From a virus (lineage: Duplodnaviria > Caudoviricetes): a stretch of DNA of 53,856 nt. The DNA lies in the IMG/VR virus record IMGVR_UViG_3300020119_000151, positions 1 through 53,856 of that record; one strand, written 5' to 3'. The first letter of the stretch is position 1. Each line of letters starts with the position of its first letter. Below the pieces are notes generated by a model. The model had not been told where the DNA came from. It worked only from the letters and a program-made list of their open reading frames with translations, and searched no databases. A program made the position numbers and the translations under genes. Positions 18,318-26,773 of this stretch are shown here, piece by piece.

Positions 18318-19631
18318 ATGGCCTATTATACACGTCTCTTACTATTCCCCGACGCACCCGCCGGAACCCCACCCCCGCTTGAAGTCCCTGAAGGTGGCGA
18401 CATGGTAGCCTCAATGGTGGCGTCCATGGAGTCCCAATCCGGCGGAGCGCCAGCGGCGCCAGCCGAAGCCGCGCCTGCCGCGCCACCGGCAGCGGCGCCC
18501 GCGCCTGGCGCCAAGCCGCCCGAGCCAGCAAAAGCCCCGGCGCCAGCGGCGAAGTCCACCCCGCCCGCGCCTGCCGCGAAACCGAACGCGCAACCCCCGA
18601 AGCCCGCAGCGCCCGCGCCGAAGCCCGGCGCCCCGGCTGCTCCTGCCGAGAAGCCACTGGACTGGAAAAGCGCCCCGGAGCAATTCCGCGCGGCGCATGA
18701 AAAGCTGGTCCAGGTACACCAGCAGGAAACCACGCGCCTATCAACCGAGCTTCAGCAGACTTCCGCCAAAATGCGCGAGTTGGAGGGCAGGAAGTTTCTC
18801 ACCCCGGACCAGGAGCAGAAATACGCCAATCTGGAAAAGGAACAGCAGCGCCTTGCGGCTGAACTGTACGCGCGCGACTATGAGCTTTCGCCTGAGTTCA
18901 AGGAGAAATACGAGAACAAGGCAATCGCCGTGTTCAAGGACATGGATGTTGAACTGAAGGGCATGATGGTCAACGGGGAGGATGGCAACCAGCGCCAAGC
19001 CACCCGCGCCGACTTCAACAAGGTCGTCACCGCCGCATATACGTCAAAATCCCTCGCCATCAAGACGGCGAAGGAGTTGTTCAATGAGGATGACGCCCAG
19101 GTTGTGATCGACGGCGCCCGACAACTGGCGAACATCCAGCGCGAAGGCCAGGCGGCAATCGAAGCGAAGCGCACCGGCTATCAGTCCGAGCGTGAACAGC
19201 AGCAACAGCGGTTTCAGCAGGAGTCCGAACAGGCGCGCCAAAGCTTCACCCAATACGACGGGATGCTCGCGCAGAAGTTTCCGCAATACTTCGCACCCAT
19301 CGAGGGAAACGAGGCCTACAACAAGGCGCTCGAAGAAGGGTTGAAGTACGTCGATGAGACGACCCAAGCCCTCAACAACCTGACGCCGGCCGCGCGCGTT
19401 CAGCAGACCGCGCTTTTGCGGCGCTTTGCCGCCGTGTTCCCGGCCTCGCAGGTCATCATCAAGCAGAAGAACGAGGAAATTGCCGCCCTGCAAGCGCAGA
19501 TTGCCCAACTCCGCGGCACGGACCCGGGCGAGCTTGGGCAAGGCGGCGGGGGCGGAGGCGGCGAGCAGACCGAAGCCGGCGGCACGGACGGACTGGCGAA
19601 CGAGATCGAGAACATGATGAAGAATGGATGA
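18318..19631 (+). CDS. Putative capsid scaffolding protein
   Basis: Pro/Ala-rich N-terminus, long coiled coil, Gly linker and short C-terminal helix; between portal and capsid genes. Confidence 0.65.
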   Translation: MAYYTRLLLFPDAPAGTPPPLEVPEGGDMVASMVASMESQSGGAPAAPAEAAPAAPPAAAPAPGAKPPEPAKAPAPAAKSTPPAPAAKPNAQPPKPAAPAPKPGAPAAPAEKPLDWKSAPEQFRAAHEKLVQVHQQETTRLSTELQQTSAKMRELEGRKFLTPDQEQKYANLEKEQQRLAAELYARDYELSPEFKEKYENKAIAVFKDMDVELKGMMVNGEDGNQRQATRADFNKVVTAAYTSKSLAIKTAKELFNEDDAQVVIDGARQLANIQREGQAAIEAKRTGYQSEREQQQQRFQQESEQARQSFTQYDGMLAQKFPQYFAPIEGNEAYNKALEEGLKYVDETTQALNNLTPAARVQQTALLRRFAAVFPASQVIIKQKNEEIAALQAQIAQLRGTDPGELGQGGGGGGGEQTEAGGTDGLANEIENMMKNG

Positions 19632-19634
19632 TTT

Positions 19635-19895
19635 ATGAGACTTTTAGGAACCAGAGTCGTCATCCAGCCCCACGTTCAAGACAAGATCGGGAGCATTCAT
19701 CTTGCCCGCATGTCCCGGCAGATGCCCAACCGGGGGACTGTGCTTCATATCTCCGACAAAGGCCGCGCCATGTGGAACAACGACGTTCTGCCTGGCACTG
19801 AAGTCATCTTCGACAAGCATCACCAGAAGCTTGCCGACGACGAAAAGACGACTGAAATAGACGCCAAACATTTGCTCGCCATCATCTTAAAATGA
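19635..19895 (+). CDS. groES: GroES-like co-chaperonin
   Basis: MRLLGTRVVIQP..GSIHL..RGTVL..PGTEVIF..LLAII, 86 aa. Confidence 0.8.
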   Translation: MRLLGTRVVIQPHVQDKIGSIHLARMSRQMPNRGTVLHISDKGRAMWNNDVLPGTEVIFDKHHQKLADDEKTTEIDAKHLLAIILK

Positions 19896-20317
19896 GAAGC
19901 AAGACCGTCATCCGGTATTATTGCGACCATTGTTCTAGGGGTGGATTCCGAAAGCCTGACATGGCCCAGCATGAAGCAACCTGCACGTTGAACCCAAAAC
20001 GCGATTGCTGGCTCTGTGAGGACGCTGGCGCTGGACGTGACTACAAAGCCCTTGTTAATCAGATGCGGTTGAGAAATGATGTTCACGCTGATACGGAAGA
20101 AGAAACCGGAAGGCCGGACAGTTATTCAACGCAATCAAAAGAGGCGATTGGCTGGCTTTCATCGGAATGTGGTGGTTGCCCAGCCTGCATTTTATCGGTT
20201 CTTAGACAGGGCAAGATTTTCGCCTTTGAAGTGTTCAACTACAAAGAATGCGTGGCGTCATGGCACAGTGAACAAAACCGACAATTCAGAGACATGACTT
20301 TTCATCCAATCGCATGA
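19892..20317 (+). CDS. Zn-finger hypothetical protein
   Basis: YYCDHC..HEATC, CWLC, CPACIL. Confidence 0.7.
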   Translation: MRSKTVIRYYCDHCSRGGFRKPDMAQHEATCTLNPKRDCWLCEDAGAGRDYKALVNQMRLRNDVHADTEEETGRPDSYSTQSKEAIGWLSSECGGCPACILSVLRQGKIFAFEVFNYKECVASWHSEQNRQFRDMTFHPIA

Positions 20318-21945
20318 AGGCATACGTCCAGCTTGGCAAAATCGGCGACGTGCTTTCAATCCTGCCGATACTGCAACACGATTACCAACTTCAGACACCG
20401 CTTCAATCGCTTCCCGGCACTGTGTCAAAAGTTCCTTTGGTGATAGCCAAAGAGTTTGCTTCCATCCTCGAAGGCGTGTCCTACGTCGAGCCGGTGATCT
20501 GGAAAGGCGATGCGAACGACTTGGCCGGCGCGATCATGTTCGCCAAAAAGCGTTTCAGTCAGGTTGTCGTCCTTCAGACCTGGGGAAATGTGCCGATTCA
20601 GCATCAAACGCCGTCCTTCCAGTTCGACCAGTGGAAGCGGGCGGGCGCGGTGCAATTCTTCGATGATTGGGCGCTTACTTTCGACAGGCGAAACCATGAA
20701 CGGGAAGCGCAATTCATGTCCCAAATCGGATGCGATATTAATAAGTGGAAATCTTACATCTTATTCGCAGACCATTCCCAAAGTAGTCCGTTCCTGCACA
20801 AAGAGGAACTTTATCAAATCTTGAACGAGATTGGCATGAGCCATCAGCCATTTCCCATAAAAGTGGTTCGCTTGTCAGAAATAAAAACTTTCAGAATTTT
20901 CGACCTTCTCGCCCTTTACGATAAGGCGCTGATGCTCGTCACCGTCGAAACAGCCCATTTACATCTTTCAAGAGCTTCCCATGTTCCAACCGTCGCGCTC
21001 GCGGCCCCAGGCTGGCGCGGTTCGGCGTTCTCGAAGCGATTCGCGTTCTTCATGCGCTATCCCGAGTGGGACAGCCGGAAGCAGGACTTGATTGCCGCCG
21101 TTCGCGCCGCCGTCGAAGGCCGGTCTATTGCGCCGAAGGTTGAGAAGCTGGATACTCGCCCCCTGCATTGCTACAACCTAGCCCATATTGATTTCAACGG
21201 AACAGAGCATTATTGCTACCGCGCTCACACGAACGGGAACTGGAAAACCAAGCTGTTCCTGAACGGAAACGAATTGCGGTTGCCGCCGAAGTACAAGGAC
21301 TATTCGCACGAAGATTTACGCTTCTTTGAGTTCAACGGCAAGCTTCACGGTGTCTATGTGATGTCAACGACGGTTGATAACTTCTTTCGCTGCTACGTTG
21401 CTTACGGCGAGATTCGCGGGAACGAGATTGACCACATCCAGATTCAGATGCCGGATAACAACCTGCTTGGGATGACCAAGAATTTTGTTCCATTCGTCCA
21501 TGAAAACCGCTTACATTTCGTGTATGGCATCAAAGGCCAAAATCAGATTGTCCTGGGAGTGGACCGAGACAAAGTGGTTGCCGAATATAAAGCGCCGGCC
21601 CCTGCCTGGTCATTCGGTGAGATCAGGGGCGGTTGCATCGTGCCTCACAATGGCGCATACCTTCGATTCTTTCATTCAAGGGCGCAGTATAGCGATAAGA
21701 CCCAACGCTACTTTGTCGGCACGTCCATCATCGAGGCGAAACCGCCATTCAAGACGCTGGCGGTAAGCAAGCGCCCCATCTTACAGGGCGACGAGTGTTA
21801 TACCCCTAATTGCCATCATTGGAAGGCGAACGTGATTATCTGCTACGGGTGCATAAAACAGGGGGATAAATTCCTTTTAAGCTGTGGAAGAAATGACGCG
21901 GAATGTATCATTGTTGAGTTGAGCGAGAGCGACTTAAACCTATGA
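20314..21945 (+). CDS. Fusion of a GT9-like glycosyltransferase and a five-bladed beta-propeller glycan-active domain
   Basis: QLGKIGDVLSILP and VETAHLHLSRASHVPTVAL; then HEDLRFF, KNFVPF, IRGG, FFHS. Confidence 0.65.
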   Translation: MKAYVQLGKIGDVLSILPILQHDYQLQTPLQSLPGTVSKVPLVIAKEFASILEGVSYVEPVIWKGDANDLAGAIMFAKKRFSQVVVLQTWGNVPIQHQTPSFQFDQWKRAGAVQFFDDWALTFDRRNHEREAQFMSQIGCDINKWKSYILFADHSQSSPFLHKEELYQILNEIGMSHQPFPIKVVRLSEIKTFRIFDLLALYDKALMLVTVETAHLHLSRASHVPTVALAAPGWRGSAFSKRFAFFMRYPEWDSRKQDLIAAVRAAVEGRSIAPKVEKLDTRPLHCYNLAHIDFNGTEHYCYRAHTNGNWKTKLFLNGNELRLPPKYKDYSHEDLRFFEFNGKLHGVYVMSTTVDNFFRCYVAYGEIRGNEIDHIQIQMPDNNLLGMTKNFVPFVHENRLHFVYGIKGQNQIVLGVDRDKVVAEYKAPAPAWSFGEIRGGCIVPHNGAYLRFFHSRAQYSDKTQRYFVGTSIIEAKPPFKTLAVSKRPILQGDECYTPNCHHWKANVIICYGCIKQGDKFLLSCGRNDAECIIVELSESDLNL

Positions 21946-22538
21946 AAAAGCCTGAAAATTTCGACCGATGGCAAGACATGCTTCGTCGTTGCTATGATAA
22001 AATGCGACCCATGTTCAAATATTATGGAGCGCGGGGCATTCGGGTGTGTGAATTTTTAAGGGCATCCCCAGCCAATCTTACGGCCGTGCTTGGCAAGCAG
22101 CCTACAAAAAAACATTCAATGGACCGGAAGGAAAATGACGACAATTATTCATGCGGCGCTTGCGCGGAATGTCTATACAAAGGATGGAAGCTGAACCTTC
22201 GTTGGGCAACGCCTGTTGAGCAATCAAGAAACCGGCGATTTGTTCACCGAATAGAGGTTCATGGTGAAATCCTAACTCCGCCTGAAATCGCCGACAAATA
22301 CAAGATTCCATACCGCACCATAAAAACCAGGATGGCGAACGGCGAGACGGGCGATGCTCTTGCATTACCTGTGACCAAAACAGCAACCTATCGGTATCAG
22401 GGTAAGATGCGTTCCATCCCACAAATAGCAAAGCTTTCAGGCGTTCCAAAGAGAAGGATTTATTTGCTTCGAGAGCAGTATGACGATTTTTTAAAAAAAA
22501 TAGGCGACTATCCCCTCACGACAAGTAATGAAAAATAA
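21942..22538 (+). CDS. HNH-type homing endonuclease-like protein; C-terminus extended by the inserted cassette
   Basis: WQDMLRRC..YYGARGIRVC..SMDR..NLRWATPVEQSRNR. Confidence 0.8.
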   Translation: MKKPENFDRWQDMLRRCYDKMRPMFKYYGARGIRVCEFLRASPANLTAVLGKQPTKKHSMDRKENDDNYSCGACAECLYKGWKLNLRWATPVEQSRNRRFVHRIEVHGEILTPPEIADKYKIPYRTIKTRMANGETGDALALPVTKTATYRYQGKMRSIPQIAKLSGVPKRRIYLLREQYDDFLKKIGDYPLTTSNEK

Positions 22539-23168
22539 GCCAAAACTTTTAGACCTTTATTGCTGTGCCGGTGGCGCAGGCGAAGGCTATCGCCTTGCGG
22601 GCTTTGATGTGACCGGCGTTGACATCCAGCCACAGCCGAAGAATCCGCATCGTTTCGTGCTGGCCGATGCGTTGGAATATTTGGCGGAACATGGGCACGA
22701 ATACGACGCAATCCACGCCTCGCCGCCGTGCCAAGCCTACACGAAGGCGGGAAAGCAATGGCGAAAAGAAGGCCGCGAATATCCAGACTTGATTGCATCT
22801 ACACGCGCTGGTTTGGAAAAGACAGGAAAGCCATGGGTAATAGAGAATGTGCCGGGAAGTCCGCTGCAAAATCCAATATTGCTGAACGGTTCAGTGTTCG
22901 GAATCCGAGTCCACAAGCCGCGACTGTTTGAAACCAGCTTCCCCATTGAACAACCGGAGGTGCCGTCGATGAAACCTGTTAAAATGGGCCGTCCGATTAA
23001 AGACGGTGAAATAGTTCAGCCCGTTGGTCACTTCTCTGGTGTTCGTTACGCCGCCAAAGAAATGGGACTGTTATGGATGGGGCAAAGTGAACTGGCGCAA
23101 GCTATCCCGCCAGCCTATACAAAATGGATAGCAAAATACCTCTTACTTGTCGTGAGGGGATAGTCGCC
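22503..23168. mobile_element. Non-autonomous IS1595-like mobile insertion cassette carrying a DNA methyltransferase
   Basis: Perfect 26-bp inverted repeats GGCGACTATCCCCTCACGACAAGTAA (22503-22528, 23143-23168); 8-bp direct repeat AAAAAATA (22495-22502, 23169-23176). Confidence 0.9.
22528..23163 (+). CDS. Compact DNA (cytosine-5) methyltransferase
   Basis: LLDLYCCAGGAG (motif I), HASPPCQ (IV), VIENV (VI), ELAQAIPP (X). Confidence 0.9.
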   Translation: MKNKPKLLDLYCCAGGAGEGYRLAGFDVTGVDIQPQPKNPHRFVLADALEYLAEHGHEYDAIHASPPCQAYTKAGKQWRKEGREYPDLIASTRAGLEKTGKPWVIENVPGSPLQNPILLNGSVFGIRVHKPRLFETSFPIEQPEVPSMKPVKMGRPIKDGEIVQPVGHFSGVRYAAKEMGLLWMGQSELAQAIPPAYTKWIAKYLLLVVRG

Positions 23169-23175
23169 AAAAAAT

Positions 23176-23787
23176 ATGAACATCTTCGACAAAATTGAAA
23201 CCGTCCACGCTTCCACCGAAGGGTGGTGTTCTCAAAAAAAAGCGTTCACGCTCGCCGCCATCGTCATTTCAACCCAGCCAGAAATCAGCGTTGAGATCGG
23301 AGTCTTTTACGGCAAAAGCCTCCTACCCGTCGCGCTGGCACACCAGCATATCGGCAAAGGCGGCGTTATCGCCATCGACCCATGGATGGCGGAAGCGTCC
23401 ATCGCCGGCCAAGTGAATCCCCAGGATGTTGAATACTGGAACCGTCAGCACATTCATCAAACCGCCTACGAAGCATTTCGTAAAAAGGTGTACGAGCTTG
23501 GCTTGCAGAACATGGTACGCATCGAGCGCAAGAAATCGGACGACTTTGAGCCGCCGGCCGACATCGGGCTTTTGAGCGTGGACGGAAATCACGGCGAGCA
23601 GGCGATTCGGGACGTGGAGCGATACGCCCCGAAGGTGAAGCGCGGCGGCTTCCTCGTCGCCGATGACATTGAATGGACCGGCGGCGCGGTGGGGAAAGCA
23701 ATCTCCCTGTTGCCTGGAATGGGCTTTGTGGAAATGTATCGGGTGAAGAACGAACAAGAATCTTGGGCGGTTTTCCAGCGTCTATGA
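23176..23787 (+). CDS. Class I SAM methyltransferase (Methyltransf_24-like)
   Basis: VEIGVFYGKS, IAIDPW, LLSVDGNH, GGFLVADD. Confidence 0.85.
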   Translation: MNIFDKIETVHASTEGWCSQKKAFTLAAIVISTQPEISVEIGVFYGKSLLPVALAHQHIGKGGVIAIDPWMAEASIAGQVNPQDVEYWNRQHIHQTAYEAFRKKVYELGLQNMVRIERKKSDDFEPPADIGLLSVDGNHGEQAIRDVERYAPKVKRGGFLVADDIEWTGGAVGKAISLLPGMGFVEMYRVKNEQESWAVFQRL

Positions 23788-23972
23788 AAATTCTACATCA
23801 AGGTTTGCCGCAAGAGCCTACTTTGCGTGGTAGGTGTGAAAAATGCCAATGCCGAATAGAGTGTAAAAAGTCGGAAACAACAACGCTTGTTGACCGTGAT
23901 ACTCAACCAGGCATGGCAACCCAGCATGTAAAATGCCCGAACTGTGGAAATGAATTTTTATGGGTCAAATGA
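23784..23972 (+). CDS. Small Zn-ribbon protein
   Basis: CEKCQC...CPNCG; ATGA-coupled on both sides. Confidence 0.7.
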   Translation: MKILHQGLPQEPTLRGRCEKCQCRIECKKSETTTLVDRDTQPGMATQHVKCPNCGNEFLWVK

Positions 23973-24886
23973 AATCTTTAACCGTCGTCTATGTGACCAG
24001 CAGGCCGGAACCAGAATTTGAGTGGTTCATGGACTCCCTTCACTCTCAAATAAACGATTGGGAGCATGTTGAAATTGTCATCGTCGATTCGCTTCGCGGC
24101 AAGCGCCCGCTGGGGACTGAAATAAATCCCGACTATCATCTTCCGAAATTCAATAGCGTCAGGTTTTCAGTCCCAAAGCCTACTATTTGGCAGGGGGAGC
24201 ATCGCATCACGAAAGAGGATTGGTGGGATGTCTCCAACGCCCGCAACACCGGCATTTGCCTTTGCCGTACCGAATGGATTGCCTTCCTTGATGATCGGTG
24301 CGTTCTCATGCCGACCTGGTTGCAAGCCATCCGAACCGCCATGGAAGGCAATTACGCCGTGTGTGGGACGTACGAGAAGCGGCACAACATGACAGTCGAG
24401 AAAGGCGTCATCAAAAATGGCGGCATCGTGACCGGGCGTGACAACCGGGACAACGGACGCGAGCCCTTCACACGCGCGGCTGACGGCGGTTACTGGTACG
24501 GTTGCACGAACGCGCTGCCCTTGGAATGGGCGCTTCAGGTCGGCGGCTATCCCGAGGATAAATGCGCCGGCTTGAGCTTCGAGGACATTCCGTTTGGGCT
24601 CATGCTCAGAAACAACGCTTACACGATACGCTTCGACCCGACCATGAAGATGATCGAGGACCGGACGCCCGAGAAGCTGGGGACGGTGATGAAGCGGAGC
24701 GATTACGGGATTTCACCGAACGACAAAAGCCATGCGGTTTTGCATCACTTCCGCCAGGCGCGGCATTCGGGCAATTCGTACGACATTCGCGCCGTGCGGG
24801 ATGCGGTCTTGCGTGGGGAACCTTTTCCGCCGCCGAGCGCGAGTCATAATGAATGGTTTACGGGAAGGCCGATTGCGGAGCTTTAG
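23969..24886 (+). CDS. Glycosyltransferase family 2-like
   Basis: LTVVYVT, IVIVD, SNARNTGI, WIAFLDD, VGGY, FED. Confidence 0.8.
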   Translation: MKSLTVVYVTSRPEPEFEWFMDSLHSQINDWEHVEIVIVDSLRGKRPLGTEINPDYHLPKFNSVRFSVPKPTIWQGEHRITKEDWWDVSNARNTGICLCRTEWIAFLDDRCVLMPTWLQAIRTAMEGNYAVCGTYEKRHNMTVEKGVIKNGGIVTGRDNRDNGREPFTRAADGGYWYGCTNALPLEWALQVGGYPEDKCAGLSFEDIPFGLMLRNNAYTIRFDPTMKMIEDRTPEKLGTVMKRSDYGISPNDKSHAVLHHFRQARHSGNSYDIRAVRDAVLRGEPFPPPSASHNEWFTGRPIAEL

Positions 24887-25087
24887 TTAAGTCCACTCCA
24901 AAACTACTTTTCCGGCATCGGAAAGCCGTATAAGTTTTTCGGTTTCATGGCACCACACCAATTCTTTTGGAATCATTTTTGCGAACGGCCAAACGGTAGA
25001 GCTTACAGGTGTCCATCCATCGGCTCTTTGGTCTTTTAAAATCAGGCGCATCAAGTGCCTGTGTTCTGCGCTCAATTTCTTACTCAT
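24887..25087 (-). CDS. Small hypothetical protein
   Basis: Last gene of a coupled minus-strand run. Confidence 0.55.
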   Translation of the reverse strand: MSKKLSAEHRHLMRLILKDQRADGWTPVSSTVWPFAKMIPKELVWCHETEKLIRLSDAGKVVLEWT

Positions 25088-25335
25088 GGCTTTTCATTGG
25101 TTAGCGATCCCATCAACGCGAAAACGGCAGCGCGACACTTTGGGTCTTTTCCGCGCTGCCACATACCTTCTACATTTTGAGCGGCCGCCCGCTCACTGCA
25201 ACCGCTTTCGGCTTGGCAGAGGCGCGACCCATCGCAGCCACAATCCGGAAAGCAGCAATTTATGATCCTGTCACCGCTGGTTGGATTGCCGTATTTATCA
25301 ACCGGATCATCTTCCGACAATGGCGCATTTTTCAT
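25084..25335 (-). CDS. Cys-rich hypothetical protein
   Basis: CCFPDCGCDGSRLC; ATGA coupling. Confidence 0.6.
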   Translation of the reverse strand: MKNAPLSEDDPVDKYGNPTSGDRIINCCFPDCGCDGSRLCQAESGCSERAAAQNVEGMWQRGKDPKCRAAVFALMGSLTNEKP

Positions 25336-25631
25336 AGTATCATCTCCCCGCAGTCCTTGCACACGTCGATTGCCTCCGGCGAGCATTGGATATGCTCAAT
25401 GGTTGGATGCTTGCATTCGGCCTGAATAGCATTCGATGCCCGGCGTAGCTCGCTAACTGCCTTGGCGTGACGAATGTCTTCTTCCGTCTCAAGCTTTTCC
25501 TGAGCAGCCATGCGCTCTTTAATGGATGGCTTGGGTTCTTGTGCGCGACGAACGTATTCACGCCCTTCTTCAAATGGGTTGCCCTGTGGCTGCGAGTATG
25601 CGTCAGATAGATTTGCCATAAATTTATACAA
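25332..25631 (-). CDS. Hypothetical protein with Zn ribbon
   Basis: CKH...CKDCG. Confidence 0.6.
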   Translation of the reverse strand: MYKFMANLSDAYSQPQGNPFEEGREYVRRAQEPKPSIKERMAAQEKLETEEDIRHAKAVSELRRASNAIQAECKHPTIEHIQCSPEAIDVCKDCGEMIL

Positions 25632-26418
25632 GTTCTGCTTGGTGCGGTTCCGGCATGGAGTCGTGTTTCTGCCGATTCACCAATTTTATCAGCGGTCGGC
25701 AGTTGGAGTAGTGGAAGGCATTTTTCAACTGGGCCTCGTCGCGTAAATCAAAGCTCGCCAGCGGAATTGTGTGGTCGATCTCCCAATAGGTTCCCCAGTT
25801 CTCCCAAGTCATGTTCGCATCAAAGCGTTCTTCTAAGTACGCCTTGTAAAACTCCACCGTGCAGCCGATGAGTTCAAAGGTGCGGTGAGACTTGGCTATG
25901 CCACCTTCGCGCAACGCATCGCCAATGGTGCGGCGGGAGCCTTCGCGCAGGCGATAAAGTGGGTCGGTAGCCCACCGAATCTTTCTCAACTCGCGGCGGC
26001 GCGGGCCGTATGCTTTTCGATATTCCTTAACCCATTCCTGATTTTTTGAAAGCCAGGATTTCACATCGGCACTCAGCTTCTCTTTATTTTTGTGGTAGTA
26101 GGAAACATTTCTGGCCCTGATTTTATCAGGGCTTCGCTTCGCTGACTCAATGGACTGTTTGCGACGCTTCTCCTGATTGGCCGCATAGAAGGCGTTTCCC
26201 TGCGCCCTCAATTTATCAAGATTTTTAAGCCTGTAAGCGCGGTAATACTCACGGTTCTTTTCGCGGTTTGCTTCACGCCAAGCCCTGTTGTAGGCCACCA
26301 TGTCAGGAATTCTTTTGGCCTGTGATTTCTTCTCGATGGTTCTAATCTTTTTCAGATTTTCAGCGCGATATTTACGCGCACGAACATTCGCTGGCGACAT
26401 TGAAAGTTCTTTACTCAT
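25624..26418 (-). CDS. HNH-type homing endonuclease
   Basis: MTWENWG..WEIDHTIPLASF..FHYSNCRPL..NRQK; basic repetitive N-terminus. Confidence 0.85.
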   Translation of the reverse strand: MSKELSMSPANVRARKYRAENLKKIRTIEKKSQAKRIPDMVAYNRAWREANREKNREYYRAYRLKNLDKLRAQGNAFYAANQEKRRKQSIESAKRSPDKIRARNVSYYHKNKEKLSADVKSWLSKNQEWVKEYRKAYGPRRRELRKIRWATDPLYRLREGSRRTIGDALREGGIAKSHRTFELIGCTVEFYKAYLEERFDANMTWENWGTYWEIDHTIPLASFDLRDEAQLKNAFHYSNCRPLIKLVNRQKHDSMPEPHQAELV

Positions 26419-26588
26419 TTTGATTCCATCCTTCTTTTCAATTCGATCATGGCGAGCTTACCGGGGGTTCTTTTTCCATACTCGTACTTCCGATAGGTTG
26501 GCAGTGGAATGTCTAAATCCGAAGCCGCCTCCTTCGCAATTCTGGAACCGCGCCACGTTTTTAATTCTTTAGCAAATGTTTTTGACAT
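26415..26588 (-). CDS. Cro/XRE-like HTH regulator (57 aa)
   Basis: FAKELKTWR..KEAASDLDIPLPTYRKYEYGKRTP. Confidence 0.85.
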   Translation of the reverse strand: MSKTFAKELKTWRGSRIAKEAASDLDIPLPTYRKYEYGKRTPGKLAMIELKRRMESK

Positions 26589-26593
26589 AACCC

Positions 26594-26623
26594 AGTGTAT
26601 CACATGAAAAAGTTGCAAGTCAA
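26594..26623 (-). promoter_or_regulatory. sigma70 promoter for the HTH gene, leaderless
   Basis: Minus strand TTGACT-N18-TACACT, ATG 5 nt downstream. Confidence 0.6.
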
Positions 26624-26773
26624 GGAATTTGGACTTAATGGTTGGGTGCGAATCGCATTGGTCGCTGAAACCTTTTCGCCAGCAGAGGTTATAGAAGGCT
26701 CCCTCACCCTTCCGCAAAAGTTCCCAAACAAACACAGTCCGCGCAAAGCGCAGACGCAACCATAGGTAATATT

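Noticed and set aside
18430-18650. GC-rich tandem repeat element
   Set aside because: Explained by the Pro/Ala/Lys-rich scaffold linker
22508-22798. Minus-strand ORF ending LLVVRG like the methyltransferase
   Set aside because: The shared ending is produced by the inverted repeat; there is no other sign of a gene
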